Origin: Lytechinus pictus
Taxonomy: Eukaryota
NCBI RefSeq assembly: GCF_037042905.1
Contig: NC_087246.1
Span: forward strand, 372,001-436,000
Reading direction: 5' to 3'
DNA: 64,000 bases
Position numbers and translations under genes: made by a program. Shown piece by piece: positions 27,679 to 41,346 of this stretch. Below the pieces are notes generated by a model. It did not search any database, was not told the DNA's origin, and worked only from the letters and a program-made list of their open reading frames with translations. Position 1 is the first letter of the stretch. Every line of letters starts with the position of its first letter.

Positions 27679-28213
27679 AGGACAAGTCCAACCCAACAAA
27701 AAGTTGATTTTAATAAAAAGGGGAAAATCCAACAAGCACAACAATGAAATTTCATCAAAATCGGATGTAAAACAAGAGAATTATAACATTTTAAAGTTTT
27801 GCTTAATTTCACAAAACAGTTATGCACAGCCTGGTCGGTATGCAAATGAGGAGACTGGTGACGTCATCCACTCACTCTTTCTTTTATTTTCTATTATATG
27901 AAATATTAAATATTATAATATATGGTTCAGTCAAGTTGGTCCTTAATTTCAAATCTGTAAAAAATGAAACATTGTATAATTCAAACAATAAAAAATAAAA
28001 ATAAAATAGTGAGTGAGGGACATCATCCGGCTCTCTCATTTGCACATCACTGAGTTGTACATTACTATAACTGTTTTGTGAAAAATAAGCGAAACTTTAA
28101 AATATTATAACTTCCTTATTTTACATCCGATTTTCATGAAATTTTCAGCGTTATGCTAGTTTGATTTTTATCAATTTATTCAAACCAACATTTCTCTGGT
28201 GTGGACGTGACCT
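27679..28213 (-). mobile_element. MITE, TTAA-AGG (Kolobok/T2-type), inverted copy of the 5253-5847 family
   Basis: TTAA at 27675-27678 and 28214-28217. The reverse complement aligns by eye to 5253-5847 with an internal deletion of about 60 bp. Confidence 0.85.
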
Positions 28214-28469
28214 TTAAATATTGAAAATGTTTATACACACATAGCATAGCTTACACACTTTATGAATAGATATGATGTGCAGTAGGAGTTTATAATGGTA
28301 GTAATAAATGAGGCTATGACACCATACACGCCCATCAAAATACAAGGGCAATATTACAACTTATTCCTGCGAAAACATGCATCATCTGTTCTCTATTTAC
28401 CATCGCTGTAACATATTTGTCTACGTCACTGTTCAAGTCTGCATGATTGTTTGCCCATATATATATAAC

Positions 28470-28755
28470 TATGACTACTATACTACTACTACTACTACTA
28501 CTACTAATAATAATAATAATAATAATAATAAGAGCAGTGAACAATGACAACAGGACCCATTTGATAGAAAATAGAACAATAACCCTAGATTTCTGGAAGA
28601 AGTCCGGTTGCTGTTTAATATACCGACAGAACATCAAGTTGTGGACAATGGAAATAATAATAACAATAATAATAATAATGATAATAATGATGATAATAAT
28701 AATGATAATTATTATAATGATGATGATGACTGATGATAATGATAACAATAATGAA
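28470..28755. repeat. (ACT)n/(AAT)n/(GAT)n microsatellite tracts
   Basis: Two visible trinucleotide tracts, 28470-28530 and ~28650-28755. Confidence 0.9.
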
Positions 28756-29182
28756 GAAGAATCATCATCTCACATAATTTACCTGTAAATAATAGCACGG
28801 TTTTTTTTCTTTGACGGGTGTGTATCAGCAAATATGATTTATACACGGCATCCAAAGAAGAAAAGAAATACTAACAATAGTTGAAATGGATGAATTAATC
28901 AAAAGCGTTCTATTCATTGAGCATTGGTGGTATGTAAAGAAATGTACATTTCAAAGTGAATCGTTTATCAGACAATAACATAATTCCCACCTCACGTAAA
29001 TACTGAACAAAACACACACGATGCTTGTACAAAATAACCTGAAAAGTTATATTTATAAAACTTCTGCAAAAAAATCACCAGAATAAACGCATAGCTCAAA
29101 ATGAATTAGCAATTAAAAAAACTACTCCAGCACTCGATTCTCCGCTATCGGTAGACAAATAATACGATTTAGAACATTATAT

Positions 29183-29287
29183 AATCATCCATATTTCGTT
29201 TCTATATACATGTAGATAATATCTATATAGAAACGAAATATGGATGATTTCTTTAATGCGAATTGTAATATTATTACGATTCGCATT
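29183..29287. repeat. Two adjacent inverted repeats (hairpins)
   Basis: Perfect 26-bp arms 29183-29208 / 29224-29249 with a 15-nt loop. Then 16-bp arms 29255-29270 / 29272-29287 with one mismatch. Confidence 0.92.
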
Positions 29288-32200
29288 TAAAAAAAACCCA
29301 TGAAACCAATTGCTATATCTGCAAGTGACTATACGTGTTATGATTATATAGCAACTTATAGTTAAACAAATTCTATTTTTCAGTTTTTGAATTGTTTGTT
29401 TGTATTTATTTCCATATAAAAATAATAAAATATATAAATGTAGACGTTCAAATTTAACAAATCGTATTCATCATATTATAAAGTATGTAGGATGGCCCAT
29501 TTCAGCGGTATAAACAAGATACCACTGTTCATCCATGGGGTTCTTCCATGAATGGAATCTTTATAGGCCTACGTGATTAAATTTCAAAATCGGTCGTACA
29601 ATAATATTTCACTTTTGTGCAGCTTTGCAGACTTCAGAGCATTATTCAAAACGGTATACAGATAAAATTTAAAAAAAACAGTGTGAATGGCGAGAGAAAA
29701 GGGCGGGAAATCCTTGCCGGACAGAGAATATGCAGTTTGGCATCTTTCGAATGGTATTTTGATATTGGATAAGTATTGTCTGATAAGGTACACTATTTTC
29801 TAAGACATGCTCCCGGCATATAGGCGATATGTATACCTCCTTCAGACTACAGTGTGATAGTAGGATATCTTCGATTATATCATCTTTGGGGATTCCTAGC
29901 CATTACTCATGAATTCATAAGCATGCCTGGAGGCATACAATTACGAAGCGGAATTTAACAAAACGGTCATTTCTCTTCTCATTTTAGATCTCCTTACGTG
30001 ATGATGTTTGAAAATCAAGAGTATAACCATGGAAGAACAAAAACTTCGAGAAAAAAAATCCCGATTTATTGATGGTGTGATATCTCCGTAAATAAGAGCT
30101 TCCGAATTTGGTCGGTGTAAGCGTTAATCTCGATACAAATGAAGCAGTGATTGCGCCTTTAGGCAGGTATGTAAATTAGCCATCTAGCTAGCGATGTACA
30201 CCTTCATCATTAGATGAGTCTCTACCTAAATCACGTGTTACATACAACCTATGTATATCATTGGATAACATTACACAAGAAGGAGAAAAAAGGATAGAAT
30301 ATGCGATAAGAATTTCAAATACAATAGTATCTCTCTTTGATATTCCTTTGGAAATCAGCGTTGCCAAACACTTTATAATACAGGAATTATCCACTATAAT
30401 TATTATGATAAAAGATGGAAAATTCAGCTAAATCTTCCATGTTAAGCCTGCAATATCAGTCTCCACTTATCAGTTAAATGATCATGTTGATCATTATGTC
30501 ATTTAAGTGTGACTAACCTCGACTTGTGCGGCTTCTAGATTCGGCATACATCTTCACATAGACGATAAATGACTCAAACGATTACAATGTATAGAATTCA
30601 ATGGTACACAATAATGTTTAAAAAAATGAGGAAAGACAGGCGTGAAAAGGTAAGGGAAAATAAAAAGAATGAAATTGTTTATCAGATGAAGTGAAAGAAT
30701 GTGCCAGGAGAGTTAATAAATACTTCATTGGGATGATTCCTTTTTATAATGTTGAAGGATAAGGATTACACCTAACAATACTCACTTCTATTCACATTAA
30801 ACGCAGAAAGATAACATGTATGACATCTTAATATAGACAACAAATGCCCCCCCCCCTCATGTTTTCAACATTGTTTAGAAAAACTAGCGGAAATTCTCCA
30901 GAAATCGTGAATCATGCCTAAGAATTTGTTGATTGGTAGTGGTATGTATAACTTGTTTGTTGTAATTTCTTCCTCTGTTTACAGTACTTAAAACTTAAAA
31001 TATCAAATTAGGAAGGGACCAGAAGGGAGACCTTTTCAATAAAAAAAAGGTTTGATATATTGTGATCAGGTAATATGCTATCATTTTGGAGTTTTGCAAT
31101 ATGTTTCGTCCTCGCAAAGGATTGGGAAAATATTACCCGTAGAGGGCGATGTAACTCTTTGCTTGCAACGGGATGAATATTATTTTGTTATTTTGTTAGG
31201 CCTACACTAGATCCATGAAACATTATCAGACCTATAACAAGACTGATAATTCTATAATGAAATATAAAATAAATGCAAGCAAATTTATAATCATGACGAT
31301 TTAATGTACAGAACAACCTTGTGATTTTCCTTTCATATGCAGCATGAATCCTTCTTATTCTCACATATCATATACATCGAGAGAAATTACGACCTTGGTA
31401 TCAACATCAAGATTTTCCTTTTTTTGTGAAGAACACCTTTGGCACTCTAGTAGCTTGCACTAATTATTAACGAACATGATGGTTACTTGTCCAGATAGGG
31501 TTGTAATCTGAGCGCATTCATTTTAGAATAATCAAACAAGATGGGTAAAAATATGCCAACAGGTCCTTAAAAGCCTCTCAAAGGAACAATAATACATGTT
31601 TAAAGCCCGGACATGTCGGGAAAAGGCATCTTGACAATTAGAAAGTAGAACTAAAGTAAAAAGGGCCACGAGCAAATAAGGGTTTCTTACGAATCAGGGG
31701 ATGATATCGATACCCCATATTCGTAGTGTAACACGAAACCTGACACTAACCATGGTGTCAAACATTCTCTTTCTCTTTCCACTTCTCTTATATAAAAAAA
31801 AACCATGTTTAAAGTAAAACACAAACTCTCTTTAAGACCCATTGTCATTGTAGAGAATAAATTGATGATGAACTTATAGCCACAAGAGTCTACCAGGACG
31901 AAGACCTACACACCATGGTATGTTATTCTCTATCAAGGGATAAACATAATGAGTATCTTCACAATACATGTTTGCTGCAATGAATGAAAAGATTATATTA
32001 ATCTAGAAACATACCCGCGCGAGAACGACACATTTCCTCCATTCGGAGGTTTAGATTCGACAAAGTAAACATGAATATTCCACATCTCTGGTGTTGTGTT
32101 TTTCTGTTCTGATGCTCAGATTCATTCATAGTATCTCTTGCTATTGTTTTAACCCTGAATAAGCATACTAAACCGTGTTAGCTCGAATCTTGATCAACAT

Positions 32201-32665
32201 ATACCATTCATCACACTGGTCATGTATTGAAGGGATCTGATGAAAATTATTTATTTAACACGATTATTACCAGAATAGTAAGAGAAAATATAAGTAAATT
32301 CCGAAAGGATTGCAAAGCTTATCAATGTTATATTGTTTGTTCATAAACCCTTTTTTTTATATCAGGCCTATACATCATTTCAAAATGATTTCACACATGA
32401 CGTGGTGACACGAAATTTGCTCCGGCGACAATTGCCCCGGGCTTTATTTCGTCTAAGATTATATAGGGTTAGGGTCGCAATATGGTTTTATGTTAGGTTT
32501 CGACCACCGCAAGTAGAGAACACCCCCCCCCCTGGGATGGCTGATTTGAAATCTCCAATATTTAATCCTGTACTATTGAGAAGGAGCCTAATTATTAGGT
32601 GATTTAATGACTTTATGATGAAGATAATATAGATGTGCAAAAAAAGAATTATCCACAAATCTTCA

Positions 32666-32756
32666 ATAATATATATATATAAAATATATAAAATAATATA
32701 TATATATATAATTGTGATGAGCAAGGACCTAAACATTGCGTGGGTGCTTCAGTGAG

Positions 32757-32813
<57 letters not shown>
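32666..32813. repeat. (TA)n tracts enclosing a 55-bp segment shared with 51871-51925
   Basis: aattgtgatgagcaaggacctaaacattgcgtggg(t/c)gcttcagtgagtaatatat at 32710-32764; one mismatch to the other copy. Confidence 0.9.
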
Positions 32814-33595
32814 AATTCCCCTTCCCTATATTGCCTCTCTCTCTCTTTCATTTCGTTCAGACCTATTTTCCTCCTACACAATAGCACCGACCGAACACCT
32901 GAACTTGTTTAACCTTTGACACATCATTCAATATGAAAACAACGTTTACGAGCAAGGGGACGAGATTATGGAAGCCTCAACACAGATTCGACAAGTTTCG
33001 ACGAAACAACTTCAGCGATATGATGTCATTTCTGAAATACATGTACATCTGTAAATTCATTTCGTAATATCCGACTTTGGTGTTATACATGTTATAGGAA
33101 TACACTTACATTTTACTGTTTACATTGATACAGAATCATATAGGTTTTTGAGGGGAAAACGGAAATCAGGTTGATAATTTTCTGACTATCAATCTAAAGT
33201 AAATCCAAACATCTGGTAAATGTTGGTAAATACTAAAGCAACACAGGCTATATAGAAACACAATCGTATAATAACAATTTCTACCAATCAATGCATGATA
33301 AGTTGATTACATGTATTATAATGTTTAACTATCCATCAAACAGGAATGTTCTTAAAAATGTAAAATTCATTTGCAATAAGAGTATCCTCCCCACCTTACT
33401 TGGTTTTGAACAAGTGTCAATTGGCCACTGGGCCTTCTGACAATCAATACAGTGATTACATAAAATCTGCTTTAAAAATGGGGGGAAATATTTTGTTTTC
33501 GACAATTTTTACACCTGTAGATTCAAGAAAAATAAGAAATATAATCTTATTCTCACACAAGGGGTATTCATTCATTTCACAACATTTTGGAGAGT

Positions 33596-33662
33596 TATAA
33601 TAATAATAATGGAGGCTACTTATATAGCGCACAGGTCCACCTTTAGGTACTAATGGCGCTTT
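33596..33662 (-). mobile_element. 3' tail fragment of an L2-type SINE
   Basis: Minus strand reads aaagcgccattagtacctaaaggtggacctgtgcgctatataagtagcctcc(att)n, a stem-loop plus (ATT)n tail. Confidence 0.5.
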
Positions 33663-36600
33663 AAAAAAGGTTATATAAGATTCTTTATAAGTAAATCATA
33701 ATTTCGCTTTAAATACCCAAGCAAAACACCAAAAGTCGAGCCACTATTCGTACATAAAATTTGCGTTCATTGCATGCCCGGGTGACGAACGTTACCCATT
33801 ACAGTGCATGTCCTTTCTTGATATTAAAAAAAACAGTTTTTCTCCTCTACTAGTTAGATGACTCTTCATCCTGGACGTTATATAGACCTTAAAATGACAC
33901 AATTGAAGATCATAATACACCATGGTGGGATACATATTTATAGTCCTGTTTTGTCAACCGTTTCGTTGGAGTTGTTCAAATATGATGATGAAAGAGAGGC
34001 TGATAAATAGAGGGAGGAAGAGAAACAAAGAACAAAACGTGCGGTAGGATTTTTTTTTTCTGCTGTTGCGCAAATATAATATCATTGTGGTAAATCCTAC
34101 CTCACAAATAAAGAGCTTTATCAGAAAGTCAACAGGAATATGGAAGTGTAACATATTTCACCTCTCTAAAAGTACAAGTTGCCTTCTCGGGTCGTGTTGA
34201 TTCTCTCTATAAACTTGACTTTGGTGGAGTTTACTTGGAGTAAATATAAATGTGACTATTATTCGCCATATAGTTTTCGCTTTAGTGGTATTATGCATCC
34301 ATTACACGCTTCGATAAAGACAGGAAAATGGTAACATGTTTATCACCATTTTCCAGCGGTTAGCCAATAATTTATATGGAAATATTTCCAGACACGGTAT
34401 TTTGCATGTAATGTAAAGCACAAAAAATGTTAACATTAAAAACCATGTATAGATTATTTAAAAAAAAGCACATTGCACCTTAAATTAAACAAAAAGTATG
34501 AATTTGTTAGAATGTGTTCTGTGCTTGAAATTTATTAATAAGATTGCCATGCACTTAACATATTTACAAGATTTCTATTTAAGATACCATTGTAGAAATA
34601 GTAAGATCTCTCCGTTGCTGTGACGTCATGATCTTATCAGTGGGAGGTCTATATAACAATAGTGAAAAAGAAGTCAATTTTCCATCTATAATCATTAGTG
34701 TCACTGGCCCGGTCCGTCTTATATAGCTAGAGACGTGTTGATATGTCGATTGATCTCTTTAAAGGTGACGGATAGGTATAAAGGGAATGAATATTTAATG
34801 ATGTATGTTTATTTGTCCGCAAACCGGTTAGGCTGAGCAGCGACAATTGGTCAACAAATTGAATGATTAATAACCATATGAATACTACTGCAAGTCAATG
34901 ACTTAAGATAATCAACCGGCAATATTTTCTGTCAGCATTACATCTACTATAGCCTCGTGGAACAATCCTTGCATAATGAAATCAATGCAGTACTCATAAT
35001 TAGTATAGGCATCAATGTTATGAGTATTTTCCGTCAAAGATATATAAAAAAAAATACGAATTGATAAAGATAAGAATAGCAGCTATGTATATCTTACTAC
35101 ATTAAAATGTCACAACATATTTATTTGTATAACTGTTGGGAATACCACCATCTACACAAGTCACGATTTATTGCATATCTTTATGTTATAGGTGACTGAT
35201 TCTTTATCGAAACGGTCTATCAAGATAATCGGTAATATTTTGGCACATTATGCAACAAAGTCGGAAATACATAGGTTTAAGATATGCTAAAGAGCCCATA
35301 TCAATCCAAATACACTTTCATTTATAATTGAAATTATGCAGTATTCATCTACACGGGAAAATCCCTTGGTCGAGAGTGGTTTATCCGTACACAACGTGTA
35401 TTTCCAACTGCATTTTGGTCCCGTAATGTGTTCATGTGTATTAAATGCAACAGGTGAAAATTTGAACTCAAAACAAAATACTATGGTATTTTAAAAGCTG
35501 AAATTCAAGAGACGCATAAAATGTTCAATGATTCGGGGTTGCTGAATAAGAAGCAACGTTTCATTTATATTCTCTGTTACGTCATAACCACAATCATGTA
35601 TGTTCTCCAATATTGCATTCATAATTATACCCGGCATACAAAGTGTTACTCGAGAAACAACCTCCTATATGTCAATAAAACATGATGAAGTAATGTCATC
35701 TCAACAGAAAGATAACAGACCTAACACGACGAGTGTCGAAATGAGAAGAATTGTTCATGTATATACATTTATGAATAGAAATCATTGTATAATTCCAGTT
35801 CACCGTTTTAACTTGTAATATCGTTCTTTTAGTCAAACATCCCCGATGTAACCTAACTAGGATATCCAAATATTTTGCTTTGATAAACCTAACGATTCAA
35901 ATGCGATATTTGGAGGCAGAAGTTCAATCCTATTATGCATGCAAGTGTATTAGTGGTTGAGCTTCAACTGTACAAGCAAGGGGAATAATACAGGTATGTT
36001 GGTGAATTCATTATGATAAATAGCATTAATATCAGAATTGTCAATATACTGTATGCATGTGGATTATATTAAGGGACTACAGAAGCAAACCATGTTCTTA
36101 ATTCAACATATGACATATAATTTTAGACAACTTTCACCCACCCCCCCCCCCCCCCCACTTCAGGTTCCGAGAATTTATAACAGTTTTAAGTTAACAACGT
36201 TACTTGAGAAATTCAGGATTTTTCAATAATAATTCAACGTTCAATACTATTACTTCTTTTATGTAAATTATAAACACAATGAGTATATCGGTTGAATTTG
36301 ACAAGTCATTGTAAACGTATCTCGATAATCACGATACATGTCTATCGGCTGTATATTAAGGATGCCGAGGAAAGGCATGCAAGTTAATTAATGAGTAAAA
36401 GACCATCAATCAATCATGAGGTCTACTCTATTCGATAAGAATACACATGACAGGTCCCTCCTACTTTCAGTCAATTTGGATAAAGTGAAATAATCCAAAC
36501 ATTAAATAATCCAAACCTTTCCTTCCTTATATAAGATTAATATGATTTGTAAGAAATTATATTATTTTTTTCTATTTAATATCATAATCAATTTCATAAT

Positions 36601-39158
36601 GTTAAACTTGATAAAAAATATTTTCTTTCGCATAATCACATTGGATTACCCCTATATAGCAACAGATTCATAGTCAAATAATATCAAATATACAACATTT
36701 GTATAGACATTACATGTCAATATATAGGAATGAAATCGCTTGCAGATCCGAAAAATCGATATCTGTTTTCTTTACAGAGCTATAAAGTATATCAGAAACT
36801 TCTTTCTTCACCGACAAAGCAATCCTGATCAACAAAAAACGCACGAATACATCAATAAAAAATGATTAACTTAAAGAAAATATAAAACAAATACCTAAAT
36901 GCTAAGATATAAACATTAATTAAATGATCGTATAATAGTGGCCTCAAAAGAAAAACATCGATGAATCCCATATTATCATGATTATCAAATATATTCTCGG
37001 ATTCTCCTAATATTTCAGACAGCGCAATGGGAGTAATAATTAACCTGATAATTATGATCAGTTTATTGAATATGTTAACAGTCTATCTCTTCTCATGATT
37101 CTTGGAAATTTATTCAAATCGATCAACGTGATCGAATACATGTACATACGCCGTTCCATATATGGTTTCCTTATAGGCCACTGGATGTAAGGGTAATTCA
37201 CATATTTTAAATGTAATTTAAAGATGAAATTGGATTACCAATTAGATTATCTCTTATATACACTTAGCCTTTGAACAGCGCATTTATCAATAATTGACAC
37301 CACGGTTTAAGTGTGCATAACTCATTCTAGTAATAATAATTTGATTTTATTTTATTTATCATCTTTGTTTTTCTGGAAAAAATCGAAACTGTTGAATGGA
37401 GTTAAACCTTCGTCGTATACGGATCTGATCTTAATCTACTATTTTATTTCGTTTTTCTTACATGTTTTATCATTTTTTTATGAGAATCATTAACCCTGTA
37501 TACAAGCATAATCTAATTTGGTCTGAAAGAAAGTTTTAATGCACCAATTAAAAAAACACGCTGTTATCATTATTGATTATTGTCTGAAGTGTATAATGAC
37601 ATATGAATTAAGTTTGCGATACATATACCAATGTAAACATTATTATAATAATTAGTTAATAACCAGTAATGACTCACAATTATATCATCAAATAGCACCC
37701 TCTTTTCACTAGAATATTCCAATATAATCACTGACTGCTATGATAAGTCTTTATTTGCGATTCGTTTAAACAAAACACATTAAATTGTCTTTAGAGAGGG
37801 CAGTTTTGAGATTGGAAAAGGTATACAACTTTTTGATCTTTGTGCACAAACTGTAAACTGATAAAACGCCCTAAAGCTTTGGAAAGCCTTGTGAACACGC
37901 GAATGATGCTTTGATGTAGTTTTAAAAATAAGCGGGAGCTTTGAAACAAGATCCGGGTTAATGAATACGACCTTATCACTTTGGCTTTATGTTTTAGACA
38001 TAAAGGAATATACAACACAACAACAACAACAGCAACATAGCGTACCAGAATTATTAATTAAAGTGGTAAGCGGGAGATGAAAAAGGGAGAAAACTGTAGT
38101 TATAAAGCGGTGGTTTTAACCAAACTTTGAAGCATTCGCATATTCAAACTCTATAACCTCTAACAATCTAAGAGCTAAACTGAACAATCTTAAAGAGTTG
38201 AACTAGTAAAACGTGTAATGTGAATGAGTTTATACTTTTATGAAATTCACTTTCAATGTGAATCTGCTAATTGGGGAGGACGTTGACATCTTATTAAGGC
38301 GTGTAATTAGTACAATGATATGATTATTTTGTTTGTAATTCTAAATTTATAAAACTGTGATTTGTATTTTGTTCAACCATTAGCACTTACAAGAGCATAA
38401 ATAAAGTGTATTCACATTGCGACCCTTCTCATTAACTTTTTCACCGCATCTCGATGAAGCAGCGACGAAGGTATAATTAATTACTATACATCGAGAAATG
38501 TCCAATCTTGTGATGTTTTGGCCCTTGAACAAAACTTTGTGTTTATTAGTACGATCAGGAAGTGTTTGGATTTTTATCACTTCCGTTCTCTATATTCCCC
38601 AAATTTCCTTTATTTGTTGAATATTGATAACTTATCTTGCTTTACACAATCTCCAGCAGCCGTTTGATTCCAGTAGTGAAAATAATGTTATCTGTTATTA
38701 CAAAGAGATACAAGCTTGCCAATAATAAGATCCACAGTATCAAACGCATCTCTTGCTTATGTTTGTTTCTTACAGTCTTTCTCCATCTTAACTGCTTCCT
38801 ACAATAATTGCATTTAATGACTATGAAGGATTTTGCACCGTTATATATTATATTCAACAATCGGCACATTAGTGCAATCTGGAGATTAAAATATGCCTAA
38901 ATTTCTGCGTCCATATCGTTAAAGTTTAATGATAAACCCATAAACATTAATGGTGGTCAAAAGCCAACTATACTTCAGATATCGATTCCAATCATGATGA
39001 AACTTCAGAGCTCAAAAAGCTAATCGTGGAAATCATTTTTAATCTGCTGAAAATAGAGAAAATGCTATTTGGTCAGTTGGTGTTGCTCACATTTTGTGAA
39101 ATGATCAATGCATGTCTCGAGATTCATAACAAAAAAAAATCGTGAGGACTGAACTTAC

Positions 39159-39331
39159 CTGAAAAAGTCGTTCTTGCAGAAGAGTTTTCCCTCTCTCGAG
39201 AAACATTTTTCAGTGAGTTTGGCCTTGCATTCACAGCATTGGACACATTTAACATGCCATGGTCTATCCAGAACATTCAGCAAGAAACGATCTAAAATGG
39301 GCCGTTCACAGCCCGCACAAACTTGGACCAT
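39159..39331 (-). CDS. Lim1: LIM-homeobox protein Lhx1/5 (Lim1), coding exon 1 (LIM domain 1)
   Basis: ATG at 39331 gives [57 protein letters not shown], a LIM zinc-finger pattern matching the Lhx1/5 N-terminus. Ends at a donor AG|gtaag (intron starts 39158). 173 nt, phase 2. Confidence 0.97.
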
Positions 39332-40559
39332 CTTCGCTGACCACCCTGCTCCGTCGTCAACCGATCCAATTCCTACGAGGGTAGGAATGATGACGCCTGA
39401 GATCGTCGAACGACGACGAAAAAAAATATGAAAATGGGGAATATGAGTGATTGTTTTCCGGAGATTTCTTGCTGTGTTTCTCACGCCCCTTAGGCGTAAT
39501 ATGAAGGTTGGATTAACGGGTTGGTACCGGCGTGATAAAGCATGAAGGCCGCTGCTTCTCGTTCGCCTCCGCTGCGATCGCTACCCTATTGTGGAGAGTG
39601 GCTTGTCGCCGGCAGTAGCCCGCTGAGATTGCTAAGGGTACGATGTGGTATAAGTGGAGTAGAGAACTACCACAATATTCCACTTGACGTCTATTTGAAT
39701 TTGTCCACAAGTATGTAGGCTGGCCTCAAATCAGAGGTTCAGTTCCAAGTTTAACAAGAACATGTGTGATGCACTTGATAAGGCGGCATTGGCCCAGCAG
39801 GTGATCGCTTGTTACAGCGTGACTTGTCGGCGAGAGGTTAGCGGGCGTTTACCGGTAGCTTTCGGGCTAGTCATGTAGCGACCTCGCTTCAAGCGGGTTG
39901 GTTGTCTGCACAAAACAAAATAAAAAACTCGAGTAAAAACCAACCCCTTCTTCAAATTCACGGCTGCAAAGTTTTTCAGATTGATGAAAAGTCTCTGATT
40001 ACCAGGAGAATTCAATTCATTCCGATATGAGAGAAATTTTGAGTTCTTTTACGAGAGATGTGATGGTATGTTTCTCCTTGATTTGTTTTACGAATCACTT
40101 CATATTCGATGTTTTATTTCAGCTAGATGCGATTTATAGCATACAAACATGCTGTGTATTGCAATATACTCCCAGAAAAAAAAGAGCAGGATAAAATTAC
40201 AAAATACCGTGAAGGCCGTTGAAAGAGCAGAAGTGGACACCAAATATGTGGTGTTGTGTTATCAGCTGACTGGTATTTGTGTGTGTTCGATGGGCTGAAG
40301 TTGTAAGATTATATCTTCACTTTCAGACAGACACGCAAACCCTGGTCTGAGATGAAAATCTGGTGGTAGTAATCACACAGTAGCCTATAACAGCCACGGT
40401 CAGAAAAGTCTAGAGATTAACACACAGCGTGTATTCAGAAGTTGTTCGCTCTGTGCTGTCAGGACACAGTTATAGCAGAAGAATTTAACGATAGATACAA
40501 TATTATCCCGATGTGCTTTTTGTATTCCTCTCTTTTCTTCTCTCTCTCTCTTTCTTTTT

Positions 40560-40810
40560 TTTTCTGTCGCCGTGGCTCAATGCAGAAATATTACACGGGT
40601 ATAAAGTTCAGCGAGACGACGCTCGGTCGTCTCTGCGCGGCTGCCTGTCATTTTCAACGCCAACCAATCACGGCTGCTGCTTCTTCTTTGTGCTACAATG
40701 GAAGCCTTGGCTCTGTGTGCTAATAATGCACCAATAGCGAGACGACGAAATCCAGGCAAACTCCACCTTTTTATGATAATTTTCCCGCACGATTCTTACT
40801 CGCGCGAGGG
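40560..40810 (-). promoter_or_regulatory. Candidate Lim1 promoter region (CpG-rich, CCAAT boxes)
   Basis: CpG-rich patch ~1.3 kb upstream of the ATG with CCAAT at 40664 and 40731 and an E2F-like TTTTCCCGC at 40780. The transcription start cannot be determined from sequence. Confidence 0.35.
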
Positions 40811-41346
40811 ATAGAGAAAGTAGAGATGAGAGAAATTTTACACGCAACATCCGTGTATTTTTTAATGGCATTCGCAATCTGTTACTAGTTTTTCCACCGT
40901 GGAATAGTGAGTGAACCACATCGCATTTTCAAACATAAGTCGATGGATTGGTGTGGTTTCAGGGTGATGGTAAAAACTAGACCCGCTTGAAAGCCGATGT
41001 TATTGATCCAAAATACACCAAGCTTGTATCGGTGTCAATGCTCTCAAATTTGTAAACAAAGAAGATAGGAGATATGTTTAATAGGATCAGCAACTCGGCA
41101 GTCACAGTTAGTTGCAAGAAAAGAAAAGAATTGGAAAATATCCTTTATTTTTCTAAAAATAGGTATTGTAATTTAATAGTTTCCAGTGAAAATGACAGTG
41201 ATTCTACATGTTCTATATAAGGAAAGAGGGATATAGGCCTACCACTCGAGATTAAAGTATACCATAACTATAATGTTATCGTTTCTGCATTTAATTGATG
41301 TGAAACATGTAGTATATAGATGCAAATGTTGTAAGCATGATGTTAA

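Noticed and set aside
32400..32500. Telomere-like TAGGGTTAGGG
   Set aside because: Only about two units; probably a fragment of a dispersed repeat, not an interstitial telomeric array.
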